Shown one piece after another: positions 53,681-64,000 of a DNA stretch of 64,000 nt; position 1 is the stretch's first letter, and each line of letters starts with the position of its first letter. The translations under genes were made by a program, and so were the position numbers. The DNA comes from Eledone cirrhosa (taxonomy: Eukaryota). The stretch spans positions 15,066,001 to 15,130,000 of the forward strand of contig OZ024761.1 in NCBI GenBank assembly GCA_964016885.1, given 5' to 3'. The notes below the pieces were generated by a model. The model saw only the letters and a list, made by a program, of their open reading frames with translations, searched no databases and was not told the origin of the DNA.

Positions 53681-56600
53681 CAGTAAACCCCTATATTCGC
53701 GGAATATTCCTTAGAACCTAAGTAATAATTATATATATATAGAGAGAGAAAGAAATAAACACACAGATATATATATATACACACATATATATCTATATAT
53801 GTGTGTATGTATACATATGTTTATGTATATATATAAGTATTTATATGTATATATACATTTATACATATATATATATACATACACACACACATATTTATAT
53901 GTACACACACACACATATATACTGTGCCAATCTATTGAGTACATTGTATTTATTGTGGTTTCTCTCCGACGCGACCTGTGAATCTACACACACATATATT
54001 AGAAGATGTAAGACGAGTCGCACCCAAAGTATGACATTTGGGTGCTGTTTCTAGCAGGTTTAGAATTTACTATTTTCCAACCCTCACTCTGAACTCGATT
54101 TCAAATTACCGGGTAGTTTGTTGAAGCACGGTTCAACTGAAATATCTGCACCGGTAACTTAATTAGTGTTACACCGGTATACCTGAGGCATAATCTATTT
54201 GGCATTCTTCGAAGGAGGTACAGGTATTTTCGCTGTCTTAAATGGAGTATATACGCACACACATAAATTAATGTTTATCTCTGTACAAAGAGATTAACAT
54301 CATTTCTTAAATTATTACTTAGGGTTTTACAACAAAACGTATTGTATGTGTAATTATACATACATTGAATTTAAGTATTTATTTTTTAATTTTACATACA
54401 TTTTAGTAGTATATATGTATATATTCATTTGTGTGTGCGTTAATTTCGTGGGTAACTGCAGTTAACGTTCGTCTCGTGTTAAAGTGACTGTAGAATGTGA
54501 ATAAAAAAGTAAGAAAGATCGAAAACACTGTTGCTGTATAGATATATAAATTTTATTGGCACATTAAAATTGTTTCAATATTGATAGTTCGGAGTACAAT
54601 CATAATATGTATATATTTTTCACATGAAATCAATATTCAAACTAACCCCCAGTGTGTTTATTTTAAAGCGACGAAATTCTACCTCCCAGGGATTTGAACA
54701 CAGTTTCATGTTACTGGGTGGTACGATGAAGCAGAGAGAGAGTATAAAATCGCTACACTGGTGGCATATTTAGTGTTTCACCGGTTTTCTTATAACAACA
54801 CACTGGATACGACGTGCATGAGAGAGGTAAAGTTTTATTTGTCTTCCGTGTTAGAGTATAACTGTAGTTTGACTTGTTAAATTTATAGTATATGTTTGTT
54901 ATATATATTCTTAACTATGCAATGATAGCATCTCAGTCACTAATTTCATCTCTTTGGAGGTTACTGCTCTGATGTCATCTCTTCCACTAAGACACTCTCC
55001 ATAGCCTTGCCTCTCCTCGTAACATCACCCAAAGTTGTATCAATCTCCACAAAGCCAACACTTCTCATTATCTCTAAGAAAGCCACCTTAAGCAAGTGTT
55101 TCGACGTGTGTGTGTGTAGAATAAACGCAAGGTTTGACGGAACAAGAAAATAAAAAATATTCCTTCTAATATATATATCTTGTACATTGTATTATATTAA
55201 GGTGTTTCTGTAAATTAAAAACAATGAAAGTGACACCTAAATTTAACGTCACTTTGATATTAACAGACATTCTTCATCTTCATAGTAAGTTCAATCAAGG
55301 GTTTACTACTTAGTGTATTTATGTGTCTTTGTCTCATCTCCAAATAAAATTTTAAATGGTATGGCAACGTGTTGAAGTGAATCACGCTTATTTATATGCT
55401 GACTGTGTTACGACTAGAAAGAGAAAAATAAAGCTTTAAATGGTATGACTACGTATTCAAATCAATCAAATTCCTTACAGTGTGAGGATAAAAAAAGTTA
55501 ATGTTTTAAGTTGATTCGAAATCCAACCACGGCATTCCCCAGTCCTATGTCTTACCACTAGACTATAAAGACTTAAGTGATTTTCTTTTGAATATTTACA
55601 TATATAAACTTATTTTTAGTCTAATAATAAAATAGCTTTAAATGTGTTTATTTTCACTCCGTATTTGTTGGTCTGTAGGTGGCCGTATGGGTAGTTGTGG
55701 TGTATCTATGCATCAATTCAGTGTGTATAGATTTGGAGATAGGGTTTCGATCTTCTACTTTATCTTAAATATAAAACATTTTTATTTTTTTTATTTTAAA
55801 GATTGGTCTCTATCTTCTGGGCTACCCGGGGCCACGATCATCTCGAAGCCACCCTTCTAGTTCCCCCTCCGCTCGAACCTACACTACCACCACTTTACCA
55901 GACGCCCGCCAAGCGGCCGTAATTCTACTGTGCAAATTTCATATATTTAAATCTATTTTAGCATTTCTTTAATAAAGAACCACATACGATGTTTGACATA
56001 ATAGAAAAGAGAAAAATATTCTTTTACTATTTCATAAGCTCTGGCAGGTATCGAACACCTCATATTTTACTTACGTCCAAAACGCAAACATGTATATATA
56101 ATAATAATTTTTTGATAACTTTACAGTGAGAAAATACATTTATCGATAGGGTTTCCAATCTCAGAAATATCTCCACTAGAGATGTGTGTGTGTGTATATA
56201 TCTTTATTATTCCTTTGAAAAGTAGTTTTAATTAAACATTTTTATATATTTCACTATTTCCAAAGTCCTGGCAGATATTGCAACTCCATCTGTAGATTCA
56301 TGTAAATACATTGTATTTGACTTACATGAAATTAAATATATAATTTGTTTTTAAATTTTGTTTTCAAGTACCAAAATATAAACAAATTAGTCAGGTTTTC
56401 AGTCTCTTAAATGCATGGTTGTTATAGATACTTAACTGTTGTTGTAGGGCTGTCGTATTTACCGTCATGTGTACATTTAAATCTGACTGAGTCAATCCTC
56501 CCATCCGCCTGGTCTAAAAACAGCCTATTTATTTTACAGGAGAGAAATCGAGATACCTTTAAACGTTAATTTTGCACTTGACTTATAATTCTTTTTCCTT

Positions 56601-59600
56601 CCCTTTAGATTGAATAAACAAAAATATTTTACGTCTACACTTATATTCAACATAACTCATGTCAGTCTTCACAAGTTTTTGCTACATCTGATTCAAGCTG
56701 TTATGGCTTTGGGAGGAAAGTAATCACAAAGTAAAGTATCCAGCTAAGAATTTATTCCGTAGTACGTGTCATAAGAAAGATTTGTAGTTCTAAGAAACCT
56801 AACAAATATATTTCAAATTTATCGGCAATTAAACAAAACTTAAAAATAAGCAATACTAAAGCCACAAACGTTTTTCTATCTACGTCTCTCCTGAAGAAAA
56901 AAACAAAAACAAAACCGCTCGAATTATTACGAGGAGTGTAAACAGAAGAATATAGCTAATAAACAATTAATTTATGTATATGCATGTATGTATTGTGTGT
57001 AAACATACTGTAAGACAGACAGGCTCTAAGGAAAACATAACATTACCGTTTCTGAACACATTTCAGAGTCATACTAACTAAATTTATTTTAGCATTTCTT
57101 TAATAAAGAACAACTCATGGTATTTGACATAAATGAAAAAAAAAAAAAAAAAAAAATTGTTTTACTATTTCATAAGCTCTGGCAGATATTGAAATCCTAT
57201 CTCTAGATTCGTTTAAATACATTATATTGGACTTACTTGAATTTAAAACTGATGAAATTATTTAAAAAACTTTTGTACCAAAATAAAAATACACTATAAA
57301 GGTTTTTAGTCTCATAAATGCGTGGTGGTTATAGACATTTAACTGTTGTTGTAGGGGTGCCGTAATTACCGTCATGTGGGCATTTAAACCTGACAGATCA
57401 ATCGTCCCCTCCTCCAGGTCTAAAAACAGCTGATTTATGTTGCCAGAGAGAAAGAGAAATACTTTTCTCGTCTTTAAACGTTAATTTTGCACTTTACTTA
57501 TAATTCCTTTTTCTTCTGTTATGTTGAATATAATTGTTGAGGTTTGTTCAATCTAACTCATATTAATCTCCACAGTCAAGTACCTGTTTTTACTATGTCT
57601 GCTTCAAGCTGTTATAGGTGGGATAAGGCAGTACAACCCAAAATAAAATGTCAATTTAAGGATTCACTCGTAGAAAGTGTCAAAAGAAGGGACACTGATA
57701 TAAGGTTTGTAGGCCTAAGCAACCTAAGAAATAGATTTTAAAGTTATCGGCAGTTAAACAAAACTTATAAATAGGCAATAATTTAGACAATTCAGTAGAC
57801 CACTTAACTTTATTAATAATCAGAAAACAAGGCCACTTATTGACAATAGACCAGACAAAACATTTAACAAGAATTACTACAACGGTGGTGCGAGAAGATC
57901 GTGGTTTCTAAATCAGAGAATGTTTCTTTAACAAACACAAGCATATAAAAAGTAAAGGGGATATTGACAGTGCATAGAACTAGGAAATAACTTCTATCAA
58001 ATAGATTTTCTAGTGGCTAGGAACTTAGTAGCTCCAGTTATAATTGCGTTACACATGTTCAGTAAGTATTTTTCTATTGAAATCAAACTTAAAGGTATAC
58101 TAAAGCCACAGACGTTTTCATATATATGTTTCATCTAAAGTCAAAAACGTAAGAATTATTACAAGCAGTGTAAACACGAATTAAAGCTAATAAATGTACC
58201 AATAAGGCTACCTCAAGATTTGCAATTCATTCAAGAAGAAATCAAACTTATGCATATGTCGACGACATAATTATGGCTAGAGAGGACATGAAGAATCTAC
58301 AATTAGGTGGAAGACAAGAGAAACGACCATACTACCTGAAATATTATATGTTATGATATTAAATATTTCTTATACTGTCATGTTTTTTCTTTAAAACGTT
58401 TGCATCTCAATAAAGTGGAGAAAACTATTATATACTGTGTCCAAATCCCGCCGAGGTTAACTTTGCCTTTCATCCTTACGGGGTCGATAAAATAAAGTAC
58501 CAGTAATGTACTGGGTAATTGCTGGCCTTGTGCCAAAAGTAGAAACAGTTATATCATTATACTTTAGTTTTAACTTATTATTTTTATCTCTTCACATTAG
58601 AAAGAATAAAAACTTAGTAAAATCCTATATGTGTATAAATATAATATATGTAAGTGTGTTTGTAAGTATATAATAATAATAATATACATGTTGACAAAGA
58701 GTTGTAAAAACCAAGCAAGTCAACCTACAGTTCTACACTAACAGAGACGGCATAGAAAACGTTACCTCTTACAAGCGAATGCGAAAAGAGATTGTTTCAA
58801 AAATACCGGTGTAACACTAAATATATTACCGGTGCAACTATTTCAGTTTACCCTTTTATAAACTCACTCCAGTCATTTCAAATCGTGTTCAGAGTACCGG
58901 CAGTAAGAAAAAAATACAGCGTTTGCGAAGTTTCTCAATCTGCTAAAAATGACAGCTAAATCTCTCACTCTGTCTCGAATGTGTAATAAACCGTGACTCA
59001 TAGAAATATATATATTTGTATGTATGTGTGTGTATAAATATATATGTATATACCTAAGAATGTACACACACACACACACATGTATATATATATATATATA
59101 TATATGTATACATACATGCATATATATATATATGTATATATATGTATACATATCTACATACATGCATATATATATATATATACATGTGTGTCTATATATA
59201 TATATATGTACATATATGTGTAAATATGTATATATATTAGTGTATATATATTGCAATGTATATGCATACTCGTACAATTATACTGTATATTATCAGTCGA
59301 TATATCCATATACATTTACCCCCCGGCATTCGTGGGGTTTACAGTCCTAGAGAACCCGAGAACAGTGAAAAACCGAGAATATTGTAGGTGGTCCATAGAA
59401 ATGCCTATAAACCTCAAAATACAACGTAAAATATAATAAAAATCGAGTGAGCGTCTTCTGCGTCCAATAGGCCAACAAATACAATATATTGTTGTTAATA
59501 ATCTAGCGTTAAAACAATATATATTGTCACAAAAAAGGCATATATATACATATATTGTTTTGACTGCTATTTCTAGCATACACTAGAAAAAACCGGAAGT

Positions 59601-59944
59601 GGAGAAAATTGAAAAACTTCTTCTTTTTCCCCCCTCTAACTTTTCAAACAAAAGAAAATTTTATGTAAACAAAAACGAAATTTTTGCCAAGAAAGATAAC
59701 TCTTCTCTGACTTAAATCCAAAATTGGGATACAAAAAATTGCGGAATTTATTTTGTATCCCAATTTTGGATTTAAGTCAGAGAAGAGTTATCTTTCTTGG
59801 GAAAAATTTCGTTTTTGTTTACATAAAATTTCCTTTTGTTCGAAAAGTTAGTGGAGGGAAAAAGAAGAAGTTTTTCAATTTTCTACCCTTCCGGTTTTTC
59901 TTTTTTATGCTAGATAGAACAGTGAAAGTAATATATATGTATAT

Positions 59945-59993
<49 letters not shown>

Positions 59994-62900
59994 GGGAGAG
60001 AGACAGTAAACCCCTACATTCGCGGAATATTCCTTAGAACCTAAGTAATAATTATATATATATATATATATAGAGAAAGAAATAAACACACAGATATATA
60101 TATATACACACATATATATCTATATATGTGTGTATGTATACATATGTTTATGTATATATATAAGTATTTATATGTATATATACATTTATACATATATATA
60201 TATATACATACACACACACACACACATATTTATATGTACACACACACACATATATACTGTGCCAATCTATTGAGTACATTGTATTTATTGTGGTTTCTCT
60301 CCGACGCGACCTGTGAATCTACACACACATATATTAGAAGATGTAAGACGAGTCGCACCCAAAGTATGACATTTGGGTGCTGTTTCTAGCAGGTTTAGAA
60401 TTTACTATTTTCCAAACAGAATTCTGTTTTACACCCCTCACTCTGAACTCGATTTCAAATTACCGGGTAGTTTGTTGATGCACGGTTCAACTGAAATATC
60501 TACACCGGTAACTTAATTAGTGTTACACCGGTATACCTGAGGCATAAACTATTTGGCATTCTTCGAAGGAGGTACTGGTTTTTTCGCTGTCTTAAATGGA
60601 GTATATACGCACACACATAAATTAATGTTTATCTCTGTACAAAGAGATTAACATCATTTCTTAAATTATTACTTAGGGTTTTACAACAAAACGTATTGTA
60701 TGTGTAATTATACATACATTGAATTTAAGTATTTATTTTTTAATTTTACATACATTTTAGTAGTATATATGTATATATTCATTTGTGTGTGCGTTCATTT
60801 CGTGGGTAACTGCAGTTAACGTTCGTCTCGTGTTGGGTTTTATTACAGAGTTAAAGTGACTGTAGAATGTGAATAAAAAAGTAAGAAAGATCGAAAACAC
60901 TGTTGCTGTATATATATATATATATATATAAATTTTATTGGCACATTAAAATTGTTTCAATATTGATAGTTCGGAGTACAATCATAATATGTATATATTT
61001 TTCACATGAAATCAATATTCAAACTAACCCCCAGTGTGTTTATTTTAAAGCGAGGAAATTCTACCTCCCAGGGATTTGAACACAGTTTCATGTTACTGGG
61101 TGGTACGATGAAGCAGAGAGAGAGTATAAAATCGCTACACTGGTGGCATATTTAGTGTTTCACCGGTTTTCTTATAACAACACACTGGATACGACGTGCA
61201 TGAGAGAGGTAAAGTTTTATTTGTCTTCCGTGTTAGAGTATAACTGTAGTTTGACTTGTTAAATTTATAGTATATGTTTGTTATATATATTCTTAACTAT
61301 GCAATGATAGCATCTCAGTCACTAATTTCATCTCTTTGGAGGTTACTGCTCTGATGTCATCTCTTCCACTAAGGCACTCTCCATAGCCTTGCCTCTCCTC
61401 GTAACATCACCCAAAGTTGTATCAATCTCCACAAAGCCAACACTTCTCATTATCTCTAAGAAAGCCACCTTAAGCAAGTGTTTCGACGTGTGTGTGTGTA
61501 GAATAAACGCAAGGTTTGACGGAACAAGAAAATAAAAAATATTCCTTCTAATATATATATCTTGTACATTGTATTATATTAAGGTGTTTCTGTAAATTAA
61601 AAACAATGAAAGTGACACCTAAATTTAACGTCACTTTGATATTAACAGACATTCTTCATCTTCATAGTAAGTTCAATCAAGGGTTTACTACTTAGTGTAT
61701 TTATGTGTCTTTGTCTCATCTCCAAATAAAGTGTTAAATGGTATGGCAACGTGTTGAAGTGAATGACGCTTATTTATATGCTGACTGTGTTACGACTAGA
61801 AAGAGAAAAATAAAGCTTTAAATGGTATGACTACGTGTTCAAATCAATCAAATTCCTTACAGTGTGAGGATAAAAAAGTTAATGTTTTAAGTTGATTCGA
61901 AATCCAACCACGGCATTCCCCAGTCCTATGTCTTACCACTAGACTATAAAGACTTAAGTGATTTTCTTTTGAATATTTACATATATAAACTTATTTTTAG
62001 TCTAATAATAAAATAGCTTGAAATGTGTTTATTTTCACTCCGTATTTGTTGGTCTGTAGGTGGCCGTGTGGGTAGTTGTGGTGTATCTATGCATCAATTC
62101 AGTGTGTATAGATTTGGAGATAGGGTTTCGGTCTTCTACTTTATCTTAAATATAAAACATTTTTATTTTTTTTATTTTAAAGATTGGTCTCTATCTTCTG
62201 GGCTACCCGGGGCCACGATCGTCTCGAAGCCACCCTTCTAGTTCCCCCTCCGCTCGAACCTACACTACCACCACTTTACCAGACGCCCGCCAAGCGGCCG
62301 TAATTCTACTGTGCAAATTTCATATATTTAAATCTATTTTAGCATTTCTTTAATAAAGAACCACATACGATGTTTGACATAATTGAAAAGAGAAAAATAT
62401 TCTTTTACTATTTCATAAGCTCTGGCAGGTATCGAACACCTCATATTTTACTTACGTCCAAAACGCAAACATGTATATATAATAATAATTTTTTGATAAC
62501 TTTACAGTGAGAAAATACATTTATCGATAGGGTTTCCAATCTCAGAAATATCTCCACTAGAGATGTGTGTGTGTGTATATATCTTTATTATTCCTTTGAA
62601 AAGTAGTTTTAATTAAACATTTTTATATATTTCACTATTTCCAAAGTCCTGGCAGATATTGCAACTCCATCTGTAGATTCATGTAAATACATTGTATTTG
62701 ACTTACATGAAATTAAATATATAATTTGTTTTTAAATTTTGTTTTCAAGTACCAAAATATAAACAAATTAGTCAGGTTTTCAGTCTCTTAAATGCATGGT
62801 TGTTATAGATACTTAACTGTTGTTGTAGGGCTGTCGTATTTACCGTCATGTGTACATTTAAATCTGACTGAGTCAATCCTCCCATCCGCCTGGTCTAAAA

Positions 62901-64000
62901 ACAGCCTATTTATTTTACAGGAGAGAAAGCGAGATACCTTTCTTATGCCTTTAAACGTTAATTTTGCACTTGATTTAAAATTCTTTTTCCTTCCCTTTAG
63001 ATTGAATAAACAAAAATATTTTATGTCTACACTTATATTCAACATAACTCATGTCAGTCTTCACAAGTTTTTGCTACATCTGATTCAAGCTGTTATGGCT
63101 TTGGGAGGAAAGTAATCACAAAGTAAAGTATCCAGCTAAGAATGTATTCCGTAGTACGTGTCATAAGAAAGATTTGTAGTTCTAAGAAACCTAACAAATA
63201 TATTTCAAATTTATCGGCAATTAAACAAAACTTAAAAATAAGCAATACTAAAGCCACAAACGTTTTTCTATCTACGTCTCTCCTGAAGAAAAAACAAAAA
63301 CAAAACCGCTCGAATTATTACGAGGAGTGTAAACAGAAGAATATAGCTAATAAACAATTAATTTATGTATATGCATGTATGTATTGTGTGTAAACATACT
63401 GTAAGACAGACAGGCTCTAAGGAAAACATAACATTACCGGTTCTGAACACACTTCAGAGTCATACTAACTAAATTTATTTTAGCATTTCTTTAATAAAGA
63501 ACAACTCATGGTATTTGACATAAATGAAAAAAAAAAAAAAAAAAAAATTGTTTTACTATTTCATAAGCTCTGGCAGATATTGAAATCCTATCTCTAGATT
63601 CGTTTAAATACATTATCTTGGACTTACTTGAATTTAAAACTGATGAAATTATTTAAAAAACTTTTGTACCAAAATAAAAATACACTATAAAGGTTTTTAG
63701 TCTCATAAATGCGTGGTGGTTATAGACATTTAACTGTTGTTGTAGGGGTGCCGTAATTACCGTCTTGTGGGCATTTAAACCTGACAGATCAATCGTCCCC
63801 TCCTCCAGGTCTAAAAACAGCTGATTTATTTTGCCAGAGAGAAAGAGAAATACTTTTCTCGTCTTTAAACGTTAATTTTGCACTTTACTTATAATTCCTT
63901 TTTCTTCTGTTATGTTGAATATAATTGTTGAGGTTTGTTCAATCTAACTCATATTAATCTCCACAGTCAAGTACCTGTTTTTACTATGTCTGCTTCAAGC

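Larger units (their letters stand above)
46869..64000. repeat. ~6.35-kb tandem array: copies start at 46869, 53244 and 59580 (third runs off the window)
   Basis: Identical landmarks, e.g. 49431/55802/62183 and 51173/57544; each unit holds an older ~1-kb internal duplication (49570-50640 vs 50715-51820). Confidence 0.97.

Overview
AT-rich, microsatellite-saturated animal genomic DNA; the SINE/RTE repertoire and (TA)n/(ATC)n landscape suggest an octopod cephalopod (inference). 1534-43678 holds one complete 16-exon + strand gene. I assembled it by hand with all GT-AG introns in phase (2757 nt, 918 aa). It encodes an NRF-6/OACYL-type protein: signal peptide, NRF domain, then acyltransferase-3 (AT3) domain. 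It is atypical in two ways: the AT3 TM1 R-X10-H motif reads R-X10-N, and a ~245-aa low-complexity, Tyr/Pro-rich loop follows the first TM helix. Introns contain RTE, CR1-group and CRE-like LINE fragments, two tRNA-derived SINE families, MITEs, TE-derived minisatellites, many palindromes and several Penelope-type hammerhead ribozyme motifs. Four of these motifs share core and flanks but have unrelated stem II sequences. A U2 snRNA pseudogene starts the window. From ~46870 to the end lies a ~6.35-kb tandem array (2.7 copies). It contains a ~330-bp palindrome whose loop is flipped between copies and a speculative micro-exon small-peptide gene with duplicated last exons. Most ORFs in the supplied track are microsatellite or TE artefacts. 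All calls are by eye; no searches were run.
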